Positions 1 through 12,267 are shown, numbered from the stretch's first letter. The stretch is 64,000 bases of DNA from Macrostomum hystrix (GCA_950097015.1 CATNEN010000038.1:1612001-1676000); one strand, 5' to 3'. Notes: a model not told the origin generated them from the sequence alone. Program-made: numbers and translations.

Positions 1-418
1 ACCAGATGCGCCGGCAGCGACGCAGTGCCGGCCTCACGGGCTTCCTGGCCATTGTGGTCACGGAGACTCTGGTCTGTCTGGCCAGTGGCGTCTGCCTAGT
101 TCTGCACGTCGATCACATCCTGGCCAAGCGGAGCCTCTGCGAGCAGCTGTACGGCAATGGCAGTCGGGAGGGCGCGGCGCAGAACCTCACGAACACAGGC
201 GGCGGCGTCAGGGTCTACTTTGCATTGCCACTGCTGGTGTCATTCTACGCTACCAATTTCCTGCTGTTCGCGCGCAACTACTGCATTGTGGCCAAGACTG
301 GCCTCACCCTGCTGCAGGTGGCATTGCCGCTGCGCTCCCGTGTGCTGCTCACCGCCAGAAGGTTGCGCTTGATATTTGTCACCTGCTACGTGGCGGCAAC
401 TGTGCCCACATTTATTAG
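1..418 (+). CDS. Rhodopsin-like GPCR 5' exon (TM2-TM4 visible; begins upstream of window), paralog A
   Basis: ORF 6-422 is colinear with the 1887-2398 exon (GFL..VTE.L.CL..G.CL; LPL...FY.TN..LF.RNYCIV.KT.LT). It ends at a phase-2 donor AG|GTGAG (GT at 419-420). Confidence 0.8.
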   Translation, partial: PDAPAATQCRPHGLPGHCGHGDSGLSGQWRLPSSARRSHPGQAEPLRAAVRQWQSGGRGAEPHEHRRRRQGLLCIATAGVILRYQFPAVRAQLLHCGQDWPHPAAGGIAAALPCAAHRQKVALDICHLLRGGNCAHIY

Positions 419-639
419 GTGAGCTGCAATCCAGACAGGACACCTACGAGTATAGCAATGACCCATAAATGAGTCTCATGCACACAGATAAACACATAGA
501 CAGCTCAGAGCTACGGTTTCTGAATCAAACTGCTTAGAAAAAAGGACACGGACTCGAAATCAGTATTCAGTGGGTGAGAGAGCCACACGATTATCACAGC
601 ATTAGTAACGGTAATGACACTACTAGGTATATAGAGAAC

Positions 640-880
640 AATGACACGTCTACTTGAGTCAGATTATTTACAGTCAGACATAAAGACTGAGCAGAGACAC
701 AAAAGCTCAGTCCGTGGACTGGGGGGCCATTACATACTAAAAGTTCCCAGCTGGTACACATTTTACAGGTAAATAAGCTAAGGCAGCGGGGAACCAATTG
801 TCTTGTGCAAGGATACAAAAAGTCCCCCCTGAGATGAGATTCGAACTCCCGATCCTTCAGTTTTGGAACTTTTTTACGCC
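640..880 (-). mobile_element. tRNA-derived CORE-SINE (family A), degenerate copy
   Basis: Reverse strand has a B-box GAGTTCGAATC, a CORE-like tgtatccttgcacaagac...cctgtaaaatgtgtacc, and the ccagtccacggactga motif shared with the 14736-15041 copy. Confidence 0.65.
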
Positions 881-1886
881 ACATAAAAATTCTACATTCA
901 TGCTACATATTCATGAATTTCTGCTGCAACCTTAAACCTGACGCAAAAATGCAGAAAACTACTTGCTTTTCAAAAGAATGAAGATAGTTACTCTGCTTCG
1001 TGATCAGTAGACTTAGAAACGAGGGCTAACCCTGACCCTTCCCTAGTAGCAATTTTAAGTCGTAGGTATTAGCGATCTTAAAAAACAGAAAACAAAGGAG
1101 AACAAAAGAGCATTCCAGACCCGAAGTAAATTGCAGCCTATTGTAAAACAGCTGCATCATTTTTAACAATTTTGATAAGCCGGTCTAAAATTTATTTATG
1201 CGTAAAGCCAGGGCAGTCTAATCATTGTGCATCCCACCAGAGACCAATGCATGTAGCTGTCGTATCATATACACAGACTTCTACTAAAGTGGCCTCTCTA
1301 ACAAGGATAGGCAGACACAGGAAGAGGCAAGCAAATGCTTTAGGGGAAGACTGAAGCCGCAAAGTTCGCAGAAGTGCCACAGCCCCGACTTACTTGCAAA
1401 TCCGACTAGGCGGAGGGACATTGCGACAGTGTGAATACAGGATTGAGCTCAGGAACTGCCGGGAAGTAGATCAGCATTCCCGCAGACCTTCGCATCAGAC
1501 AGTCCAATAACTGATACTCCTGCAGAGTTCCCCTCCCCTAGCTCTCTGCTCTCTATCTCTGTCTCCGGTCTCTGCTTTGAGTCCTCTGAAATCGCTGCCG
1601 AATAGGGCATGTAGAGGACAAGACTCGCTGCGTCAAGAGGAAAGAGCTGGCAGCCAACCATTTCTCTTGTTACCCAGAAACAGCGAGCCCGCGCCGAGCT
1701 CTTTCGCCACTCGCTGGCGCGCCGTTAAAAATAACTGACAGCTGCAGAGAGGGGAGAGGGGCGGTACACTCGGACTGGAGATCAGGATCAGCGCTACAAT
1801 AATTACACCACAAAGGTTCAGACACACTGAAGCTTAACAAAGCGGCATAGAGACTCCTCTCGTGGCTGCCAAACTGTTCATGCGGA

Positions 1887-3956
1887 ATGGCAACTCCCGA
1901 CAAGCTTTATTCGGTCTGGCTGGTGGAGTTCGGCAGTTACGCTGCAATGATTCCTCTGTGCTTCGCCGCGGCCGCCGTCTTCGCGTTCGGCTCGCTGATT
2001 TTCCATCGCATCAGCCAGCACGACAGCCACACGGCTGTGCTCGCGGGTTTCCTTGTCCTGGCAGTCACCGAGTGCCTGTGCTGCCTCAGCGGTGGCCTGT
2101 GCTTGATTTTCAAGCTCGGCCTGCTGGAACTGGTGCGTCCGCCGCACAATGACTCGGAGATGTCCAATAGTTCGCTTCACAGCGAAGACCATCACGCCTA
2201 TCCGCTGCCGCTGATGATCACGTTCTATTTGACCAACTATTTCTTGTTCGTGCGCAATTATTGCATTGTGGTGAAGACGGCGCTGACGGCCGCTTACGTG
2301 TTCAGTCCAATGCGCGCACGTGCGGGACTCACCAGGTGCCGCATCCGGCTGGCCTACCTGTCCTGCTATGTGCTGGCCGTGGCGCCAGTCCTGTCTCGGT
2401 GCGCTTTTAAATGTGTACCAGTTTTTTATGAAGTTTTATCATCCAAAACTTTCAGCATATAAAATTATTACTCTGGATGCGTGCTTGAGTGCCCATGTCA
2501 CCCCATTGTTAAGAGGTGAATCGCCATTAAGTTGGTGAGACCCAGTTTGACTCAGCCTGGCGAAGTCTTAATTTTTAATAATGTGTAAAATACGTCACTT
2601 CTCACTAGCCAATTATGAGTTGATCAACTGAGACTTATTTCCCTTGGGATTTAAAGATCAGTGATCTAATTATCCTAGACAGAAGGCAGAAGTTCCTTTT
2701 CCAGCTGATTAATTTGCTTCTCCTTCTGCCTCATCGGAAGTTAGACCTGGGCCAAGTCGGCTATTCGACGACAGAAGCCGACTAGCACGCGAAATTATTG
2801 AAAGAAAATTGCAGCAACTTCTTCTAATTCAAAGGTGATAGCGCAGCCGCTGATGACAAGATTTCGGCTATTTTTTCACTTCAATCCAGACGAATCATTC
2901 TGCATCTTTGCCTGAGAATAATCCTAATGCCACTTGGAGGAAAGAGCAGAGATAATTAGCTTTGCCTAATCTCCGGGTGAATGTGAGAGTGCCGACGCGA
3001 AACGACCTGGCGAAACAAATTAATGAAACTTCCTTCCTTGGTGATTTTTCCTATGACCTCACCCCATGAGCAAAACTTAAATCTCAGTTAGTCCAACTTC
3101 AGCAGTCAATGTGCAGTCATGACAGTTTCCAACACTACGAAAGTACACTTTAGCATTTACTACTCAGTCACTCTCGCATCTCAAGCTCACGCCTGTTACT
3201 CAATAAACTCGCACAGTTCGCTGATGCTGCTATTATGCTCAATTCAGATCCTTTCGTAAATAATTTTAAATACGCTTAGACACACGCTAAAAAGTCTATG
3301 TGGCAAACTGGGCTCATGAATTAATCTAAGCAAGCAGCTCTTGCAACACACCTTCTCTCAACAGGTTCTCAGCCGAGGCCTTCACCATGTACGTCAGCCA
3401 AGAGTCCCTGCCCGCCTACGTCGTGTCGTTGTCCCAGAACCACGACACCGTCCACTCTGTCATATTCGCTCTGCAAGGCCCCCTGCCGGCCGGTCTCGGT
3501 GTCCTGATGTCTATGGCCATATCCGTCAAGTTGCTGAGGCGCGGCTCCACGATGCCCAACAACAGCACCAGCCGCGCAGACTTGTCAACACGGGCCGTGG
3601 TTCGAACCCTACTAGTGGCATTCGTGTTCGCTCAATGCGAGATCCCGACAACAGTGTTGGCCTTGCTGGACTCCAGGGAAGAGACTCAAAGTGTCGTGCT
3701 CAGCCGGGTCATAGGCAATCTGCTCATAATTCTGGACTCCTACTGCAACCTGGTTATCATCGTGCTGTCGAATCGGCGCTTTCTTCACGCCGCCGGTCGC
3801 ATGCTGGGCATTCGCAAGGCCGACAGCCGCAGCGCACCTGGAGGACCGGGCGGTTTGAACCGGAATTACACCTGCAACAACCACACGACCAACGGCTGCG
3901 CCGCGGAGGCCATTCCGCTGACCTCGCGTGGCGGCACCATTCTGATGAGGATGTGA
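1887..3956 (+). CDS. Rhodopsin-like (peptide-receptor-like) 7TM GPCR, paralog B, 2 exons, ~367 aa
   Basis: Exons 1887-2398 and 3365-3956. Phase-2 donor CG|GTGCG and acceptor CAACAG|G join ORF 1887-2462 to the frame of ORF 3387-3956. The product has seven hydrophobic segments, TM6 CEIP and TM7 LDSYCNL. Confidence 0.85.
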
Positions 3957-4225
3957 GCGCAGCCTGTACAAAGCTCAACTGTGACGTACAACTGGGCGTA
4001 CAGCTCCCTCGCACACAATGGACTAATTGCGTTTTGACTGCACGGAGACGTTGCTTAACTGTGGTTTGTAACTAAAGCTCTTAAAGCTCTTCGTCCTTCG
4101 TCCTAGCCCGGCCATCCCCGCGCTGGATAAATATTTGCAGCGCGTACTTTTTGTTGTCATTGGCAACCCTTCCGACATCGATGGGCTCATCGACGAGTAA
4201 TTAGGTTCATAATAAGACAAAACAA

Positions 4226-4460
4226 GGGGAGCTTTTGGCCGTGTGGTTGAAGCTTCTGACTTCGGACAGTACAGGGGACATTCGTGTCGCTTAGCGAGAA
4301 TTCCTGTTGCCCCAATCAGCTGTAAAATGGGTACCAGCAAAGTTTGCGCAGGTTTGGCAGCATCCCCAGTCCATGGACTGAGCGTCTGTACAGCCTTTGG
4401 AAGCGCGGAGCAATAGCTGGGGCTGTACATCTGACCCAACTTGGCCAGGTGTTGCATCTC
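4226..4460 (+). mobile_element. CORE-SINE family A copy
   Basis: Contains cagctgtaaaatgggtacc (CORE end) and the 3' body ccagtccatggactga...tgtacatctgacccaa matching the 14736 copy. Confidence 0.7.
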
Positions 4461-5220
4461 TTACATCTTCTAGTCGACAAAATCACTGTTCATTCCACGC
4501 TTTAAAAGCTTAGTTTTTTTCAAATCGAAAATAGTTTCTGTGTATAGTTTAAGCGCTACCAAACCTGGTGGACCAAAGCGGATTTCATTGGCATGAATGT
4601 ACACCAGCATATCAAGCGGATTCAATGAATATTTGGTGTAAAAATTCACTTGAAAACAGCCAGCCACGCATGACTCAAGTGCCTCGAGACGCAATTGTGA
4701 AAAAGTATGGGGCCGATTCGCCACTCATTGAACCCGCTTGATTCCATTGCTTATCGATTAAGAATTCCATTTCGCGATCTGTTAACGCAGGTCGATTTTA
4801 GTTCTCATTGCGGACTAAGCTCTGCTGCTTGTACATAGAAAGAGCTTCGATTTATTAGATTTTATTTTAGTGTCTACTATGACCACGACTATATTGATGT
4901 TCTTAGAATACTGCTTTGTGTCGTTAATTCAGTGTCAACACGCGAATGTGGATGCACTAAAGTGCAAAAGTAGAAACAGCCTGTCTCTCTGGTTGTGTAT
5001 TTTCTGAGAAACCAACTTTCACAACAGAAGCATATCTTATTAGAGCCGCACTGACTGCCCATTGTTTAACTTATTTTAAACAAACAAAAGAGCAAATTTT
5101 AAGTTTGCGACTTCCACCTGCCGTATTGTTCTTACTTTGTTTCATTAAATAAGAAAAAACAACATAGTTTAAAAAGTATAGCAAAAATTATAGGGTACTT
5201 CTGTTTAGTCGTTGGAGAAA

Positions 5221-6302
5221 TCTCAGTGAGAGATTCAGGGTGGTTGTAGACATCTCAGTGAGAGATTCAGGGTGGTTGTAGACATCTCAGTGAGAGATTC
5301 AGGGTGGGTGCAGACATCTCAGTGAGAGATTCAGGGTGGATGTAGATATCTCAGTGAGAGATTCAGGGTGGTTGTAGACATCTCAGTGAGAGATTCAGGG
5401 TGGATGTAGATATCTCAGTGAGAGATTCAGGGTGGTTGTAGATATCTCAGTGAGAGATTCAGGGTGGTTGTAGACATCTCAGTGAGAGATTCAGGGTGGA
5501 TGTAGATATCTCAGTGAGAGATTCAGGGTGGTTGTAGACATCTCAGTGAGAGATTCAGGGTGGATGTAGATATCTCAGTGAGAGATTCAGGGTGGTTGTA
5601 GACATCTCAGTGAGAGATTCAGGGTGGATGTAGATATCTCAGTGAGAGATTCAGGGTGGTTGTAGACATCTCAGTGAGAGATTCAGGGTGGTTGTAGATA
5701 TCTCAGTGAGAGATTCAGGGTGGTTGTAGACATCTCAGTGAGAGATTCAGGGTGGATGTAGATATCTCAGTGAGAGATTCAGGGTGGTTGTAGATATCTC
5801 AATGAGAGATTCAGGGTGGTTGTAGATATCTCAGTGAGAGATTCAGGGTGGTTGTAGATATCTCAGTGAGAGATTCAGGGTGGTTGTAGACATCTCAGTG
5901 AGAGATTCAGGGTGGTTGTAGATATCTCAGTGAGAGATTCAGGGTGGTTGTAGATATCTCAGTGAGAGATTCAGGGTGGTTGTAGATATCTCAGTGAGAG
6001 ATTCAGGGTGGTTGTAGACATCTCAGTGAGAGATTCAGGGTGGATGTAGATATCTCAGTGAGAGATTCAGGGTGGTTGTAGATATCTCAATGAGAGATTC
6101 AGGGTGGTTGTAGATATCTCAGTGAGAGATTCAGGGTGGTTGTAGATATCTCAGTGAGAGATTCAGGGTGGTTGTAGACATCTCAGTGAGAGATTCAGGG
6201 TGGTTGTAGATATCTCAGTGAGAGATTCAGGGTGGTTGTAGATATCTCAGTGAGAGATTCAGGGTGGTTGTAGATATCTCAGTGAGAGATTCAGGGTGGT
6301 TC
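5221..6302. repeat. 32-bp minisatellite (TCTCAGTGAGAGATTCAGGGTGGTTGTAGAYA), ~34 copies
   Basis: Direct tandem periodicity of 32 nt. Confidence 0.97.
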
Positions 6303-6375
6303 GGCGGAATAGAGAATCGAGTCGAGGTTCAATTTCTCACTCCGATGCAGTCAAAAGCAAGTCGCATCACAGGGC

Positions 6376-9300
6376 TCACTCATTTGATAAGAAGGGCTTT
6401 AGAGAGTCGTCCATCTGTTTCATGAAGGGAGAACTCAAGTTGGGATTCTTGGTGCCGTCAATCTTGCTGAGCATGCTGCGGTCTCGATATGTGAGAATGT
6501 TCTCCAGTTTGTGCGAGGCCCACTCGCAGAACCACCTGGCGGCGTTCAGGTCTGTCCCGTAGCCAGCCTCGTATGCCAGCTGGGTGAGAAAGTTGGTCTG
6601 GAAGTCCGCGCGCTGGAGGCCGTCGGTCAGTGTGGACTCCCTCAATGCGGTCGAGTTTTGCGAATTTTGTATCAGCTTCTAAGTAGGCCTTCTTAACAGT
6701 AAAAAGACCAACGCTATTTTCCCTGGCATCAGCTGGGGTGGTACTGGCATCAGCTGGGGTGGTACTGGCATCAGCTGGGGTGGTACTGGCATCAGTTGGG
6801 CTGGTACTGGCATCAGTTGGGCTGGTACTGGCATCAGTTGGGCTGGTACTGGCATCAGTTGGGCTGGTACTGGCATCAGTTGGGCTGGTACTGGCATCAG
6901 TTGGGCTGGTACTGGCATCAGTTGGGCTGGTACTGGCATCAGTTGGGCTGGTACTGGCATCAGCTGGGGTGGTACTGGCATCAGCTGGGGTGGTACTGGC
7001 ATCAGCTGGGCTGGTACTGGCATCAGCTGGGCTGGTACTGGCATCAGCTGGGGTGGTACTGGCATCAGCTGGGGTGGTACTGGCATCAGCTGGGGTGGTA
7101 CTGGCATCAGCTGGGCTGGTACTGGCATCAGCTGGGGTGGTACTGGCATCAGCTGGGGTGGTACTGGCATCAGCTGGGCTGGTACTGGCATCAGCTGGGC
7201 TGGTACTGGCATCAGCTGGGGTAGAGATCTAATGGGTGTGACAGCCTCCCCAGTCCGTAGACTGAACAGCTGTGCCAAGCCTTTAGAAGCTCCGCGCAGT
7301 AGCTGTGGTTGTACATCTGGCCCAACTGGGCTGTGTGAAACCATTCAATTTTTAATACCAAGGTTATCGTCCAATTAGAACAAGTTCGTAATGAAATTCA
7401 GAAAGGGCCTTATAGACTGAGGATTCACCTGTCCTGCCACTTTTTCGTCTCGGCCAGCATGACTGCTCGATCGGGCAACAGAATTCGGCCTTCAAATGTA
7501 CTTTATGACCCACAATGCCTGCGCGTCGAACATGATGAACGAGTAGCATTGGTCCTGAGCGCCAATGTACAGCATGCGGTGGTTGCCGCCGCCAAGCCAC
7601 TCGGTACATTTGTACAGCATCTCCGGGTACAGAGCATTCCTGCCCGACAGTCTCAGGCAGTCAGGCAGGTAGGGGTAGTGATGCAGGTAGCCTGTAGCCA
7701 GTATTATCGAGTCCACCTTCATTTGGTCGGGAGTGTCAGCTAAAAATGTTAGTTTCTTCTCCACTTTACACAACTTTAAACTCTGAGCATATCTGCACGA
7801 TAAGCCATGGAGAATTTGGAAACTGGAGAGACAAACACCCGTTTTCCGGACCAGTGTAGGCCGACTGGCTGTCCCGAAACGCACTAAGCAGATAGGAAAT
7901 TCTGATGCACTACTGGGAGAAAAAACACAGATAACTTCTGTATCGTGCATCATATTTGATAGTTTTATTGCAAAGCTGAATGAATTCTTTACATTTTAGC
8001 TGAAGCTTGTGCGTCTACCTGTTTTAGCTTATGAGCTCTAACCACTTCAGCCCAGCGCGCTATTCCATTCACGCTGAAAAAACCGCTGGCGGCAGAGCGG
8101 CCATAGACGATTTTGTCACCCGAATTTTGCACCCCGAGTCTACCCGCTATTGGTCACTTGATTTACTTCCGGCGACTCGGAGAAGCTGTCTATGACCCAA
8201 AGTGGTTGAGAGTTTGTACAGAGAGAGTGGCAGAGAGAAAACAGACCAAGTTATTAGATTCCTTGCCTCTTGCCTATTACTTGTCTAGAAGATTTCTATC
8301 ATTGCCTTCCTTAAACATTATTCAAGCAAAGCTCACTAGATAAAACAGGTAGACGCACAGTTAAAATGTAGAGAATTTATTCAGCTTTCTAATAAAACTG
8401 ACATTTTGAAAATCTGTTGCACAATACGGAAGTTATGCGTTTTTTTCAAATAGTTCATCAGAATTTCTTATGATCCACCCGGTGTATATCGTAACATCCA
8501 TTCAGCCTACACTTGTCCGGAAAATGGGGGTTTGGCGGGAAGTTGTCGTTCCAGTTTCTAGATTCAGAGCTCAGGACAAGCTGCTCAACTGACTCAAATA
8601 TCTCTTAAGCTGACAGATTCCTAAATCCCAGGCGCTGCGCACCTCATTTGTTGTGCCGTTCTGAAACTGAGCAACTCGACCGGTTATTCCCACCAGAGCA
8701 GGTCGCTCAACAACAATGTCCGGCCATCGGTAGCCCATGGGCTTGGTCCTGCAGCTGCAGACAACGCCAGAAGCACCGAACTTCACCAGCTGTTGGGCCA
8801 CGTCCTCGGCTGAGAAACTGCCGCCGACTACCAGGACGCGCTGCCCGGCGAACTCTTTCCAGTTTCGAAGGTCGTGCGAGTGCAGCACCCGGCCAGGAAA
8901 CTCATTGAGGCCTGCAAATGTCAGGGGTATCAAAACAACCCACATTTATGGCGGCCCAGGTGAGCCTTGAAGTGACTGGGTGAGCCTTGGAGTGACTGGG
9001 TGAGCCTTGGAGTGACTGGGTGAGGCTTGAAGTGACTGAGTGAGCCTTGGAGTGACTGGGTAAGCCTTGGAGTGACTGGGTGAGCCTTGGAGTGACTGAG
9101 TGAGCCTTGGAGTGACTGAGTGAGCCTTGGAGTGACTGAGTGAGCCTTGGAGTGACTGGGTGAGCCTTGGAGTGACTGAGTGAGCCTTGGAGTGACTGAG
9201 TGAGCCTTGGAGTGACTGGGTGAGCCTTGGAGTGACTGGGTAAGCCTTGGAGTGACCGAGTGAACCTTTGAAGGACTGGGTGAGCCTTGGAGTGACTGGG

Positions 9301-11992
9301 TGAGCCTTGGAGTGACTGGGTAAGCCTTGGAGTGACCGAGTGAACCTTTGAAGGACTGGGTGAGCCTTGGAGTGACTAGGTGAGCCTTGGAGTGACTGGG
9401 TGAGCCTTGGAGTGACTGGGTGAGCCTTGGAGTGACTGGGTGAGCCTTGGAGTGACTGAGTGAGCCTTGGAGTGACTGGGTGAGCCTTGGAGTGACTGGG
9501 TAAGCCTTGGAGTGACCGAGTGAACCTTTGAAGGACTGGGTGAGCCTTGGAGTGACCAAGTGAACCTTTGAAGGACTGGGTGAGCCTTGGAGTGACTGGG
9601 TGAGCCTTGGAGTGACTGGGTGAGCCTTGGAGTGACTGGGTGAGCCTTGGAGTGACTGGGTGAGCCTTGGAGTGACTGAGTGAGCCTTGGAGTGACTGGG
9701 TGAGCCACTCACTTGCCAGCTTTTTGCACATCACACTATTGCGCTAACATTAGGCAAGCCTATTTTTCCGGTTTTGACTGGCAAACAACTGACACGAGCT
9801 ACAAAATTGGCGATTTGCAAAAAAGGCCAGTAAACTTTGTAAGCCAAAGATATACTCCAAGATATTTAAAATAAGTAAGTCAGGACAATGTAAGGAGTGA
9901 TTTTAATCTAGCGTTACCTTCAAAGTGTGGTAGATTAGGAGTTGAGAAGTGTCCAGAGCAGTTGACGAAGTAGTCAAACTCTTTCTCGTCCAGTAGGCGG
10001 TCACGCTTCAAATCTTTGACCGTCACCTTGAACTTGTTGCGAACGGCGTCGAAAGTCACGCGGTAAACGCAGTGCAGGAAGTGGATCTTCTCTCGCAAGT
10101 TGAGCTGACTCCAGCGTCCTAAAGTTGACGTTACGAATCAATGAGTCTTGAAGTGGACAGACAGGACCCCTTGACTCCCAATGACCGGCGACTCAGAGTT
10201 CAAAATATGCTACTTAACCCACTGCTAAAACTAATGAAACGGTCCCTGACGAAATAGTTTCTGATTATACTTTTTTGCATCCAGGGTTTAGGCTAGACCT
10301 AAAAAATCTGATGATCGACGCCCCCCCAAATCCCTGGTGGCAACCCCCGAATCCCTGGTGGCAACCCCCGAATCCCTGGTGGCAACCCCCGAATCCCTAG
10401 TGGCAACCCCCGAATCCCTGGTGGCAACCCCCGAATCCCGGGTGGCAACCCCCGAATCCCTAGTGGCAACCCCCGAATTCCTGGTGGCAACCCCCGAATC
10501 CCTGGTGGCAACCCCCGAATCCTTGGTGGCAACCCCGAATCCCTGGTGGCAACCCCCGAATCCCTGGTGGCAACCCCCGAATCCCTGGTGGCAACCCCCC
10601 AGATCCCTGGTGGCAACCCCGAATCCCTGGTGGCAACCCCCGAATCCCTGGTGGCAACCCCCGAATCCCTGGTGGCAACCCCGAATCCCTGGTGGCAACC
10701 CCCGAATCCCTGGTGGCAACTCCCGAATCCCTGGTGGCAACCCCCGAATCCCTGGTGGCAACCCCCCAGATCCCTTGTGGCAGCTGACCCAAACCCATGG
10801 TGGAAAAATCCTGGCCTTGCCTCTAGTAGCAGGAGCTACTTGAGAATAGACTCACCAATTTGATAGCTGAGCATTGCCTCTCGCGGCATATATGATGGAA
10901 TCTTCTTGCCAAAGTGCTGCTCGAAAGTGTAGTCTGGAAATTCATTAATCTCCTTGGGCGCGTTGGTCCACAGGCTGTGATACATGCTGCCGTGCAACGC
11001 GTCGCCGAACTCATCTTGACCTGCGTACGGAAGGACAAGACTCTGCGTCTGAGACAGGACAAGACTAACTTGACAAGGACACGTCAGGACTAAAGGAAAA
11101 GTCTGGGTGGAGTAACACATCGATAATACCATACGATTTTTGCACTAAAGTCCCTTTCTCTTGAAGGCCACATTCGCTTGGAGCCCAGAGAGATTGAACG
11201 GAGGCTAGTCGTGCAATTTACGCCCCTGAGGGCCTGCTCTGAAATACACAGTGACAGCGTTTATTCTGCCTGAATGCCAGAAAGTCAGGACAGATGTACA
11301 GACTAGTGTACAGACTGTGAATGTCACTACTAATACTACTGAAGAACATCGAGGATACGCACACTTAAGACAGAGACTCAAGTCAGGACTGAAGGACATG
11401 ACAGAGACTCAAGTCAGGACTGAAGGACATGGCAGAGACTCAAGTCAGGACTGAAGGACATGGCAGAGACTCAAGTCAGGACTGAAGGACATGGCAGAGA
11501 CTCAAGTCAGGACTGAAGGACATGACAGAGACTCAAGTCAGGACTGAAGGACATGGCAGAGACTCAAGTCAGGACTGAAGGACATGACAGAGACTCAAGT
11601 GAGGACTGAAGGACATGACAGAGACTCAAGTCAGGACTGAAGGACATGACAGAGACTCAAGTCAGGACTGAAGGACATGACAGAGACTCAAGTCAGGACT
11701 GAAGGACATGACAGAGACTCAAGTGAGGACTGAAGGACATGACAGAGACTCAAGTCAGCACTGAAGGACATGACGGAGACACAAGCAGGACTGAAGGACA
11801 AGACAGACACGCACGCATACCGGTTCGCCAGGTGAAGTTCCAAAGGCCGCCCCAGTTAGCCTGCTTCTCGAAGCAGGTGACAGAAACTTTCTCCGCTTGC
11901 AAATCGCCTGACTGCCGCAGCTTCTCCAGCTGGTACAGCAGCGACATGCCAGACGGCCCGGCACCAACAAGGCAGACGCTCACTGCCGACAT
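6376..11992 (-). CDS. Flavin-containing monooxygenase, bacterial trimethylamine-monooxygenase-like; 6 coding exons; one +1 frameshift in exon 5 (possible pseudogene or sequence error)
   Basis: Exons 11992-11821, 11020-10856, 10118-9918, 8911-8643, 7716-7429, 6640-6376, all GT-AG. Motifs GAGPSG (FAD), WGGLWNFTWRTG, FPGRVLHSHD (FMO motif), GGSFSAED (NADP), ATGY. An extra T near 7495 gives a TGA; removing it restores YIEGRILLPDRAVMLAETKKWQDR and a ~452-aa protein. Confidence 0.88.
6723..7345 (+). repeat. 21-bp minisatellite (GGTACTGGCATCAGYTGGGST, ~24 copies, 6723-7222) running into the 3' body of a CORE-SINE family A copy
   Basis: Unit matches the SINE segment GGTACCAGCATCAGCTGGG (~14876-14894). 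7223-7345 continues with the SINE 3' body (ccagtccgtagactgaacagctgt...tgtacatctggcccaa). Confidence 0.9.
7779..8570. mobile_element. Non-autonomous DNA transposon/foldback MITE with ~200-bp imperfect inverted repeats (FMO intron 4)
   Basis: ~7815-8030 (gaaactgga...ttttccggaccagtgtagg...tgtgcgtctacctgtttta) is the reverse complement of ~8340-8560 (taaaacaggtagacgcaca...cctacacttgtccggaaaa...tccagtttc). Confidence 0.75.
8958..9706. repeat. 20-bp minisatellite (GTGAGCCTTGGAGTGACTGG), ~37 copies, FMO intron 3
   Basis: Direct tandem periodicity. Confidence 0.97.
10328..10775. repeat. 20-21-bp minisatellite (GAATCCCTGGTGGCAACCCCC), ~21 copies, FMO intron 2
   Basis: Direct tandem periodicity. Confidence 0.95.
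11369..11800. repeat. 31-bp minisatellite (GACAGAGACTCAAGTCAGGACTGAAGGACAT), ~14 copies, FMO intron 1
   Basis: Direct tandem periodicity. Confidence 0.95.
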
Positions 11993-12267
11993 CGCTCAGA
12001 ACTAAATGACCTGACAGCTGACCAATTATTAAGCTGTGGAAGGAGAGAAAATAATGATAAGACTAACCAGGGCAGAAAGCAACTATTATATTCGCTTTTT
12101 GGAGTGAAGAAAACAATACAGAATAGGGCACGGGGCATAAACAAACGCTGGATAAACAAGCTGAAAAACCACGCAGTTGCTTCACGACAAGCTCAACTGC
12201 TTGAATTGGCTAAATGGCAATTTATACTTTTATCCAAACTCGCGCAAACGCAAAAAATAATAGATTT

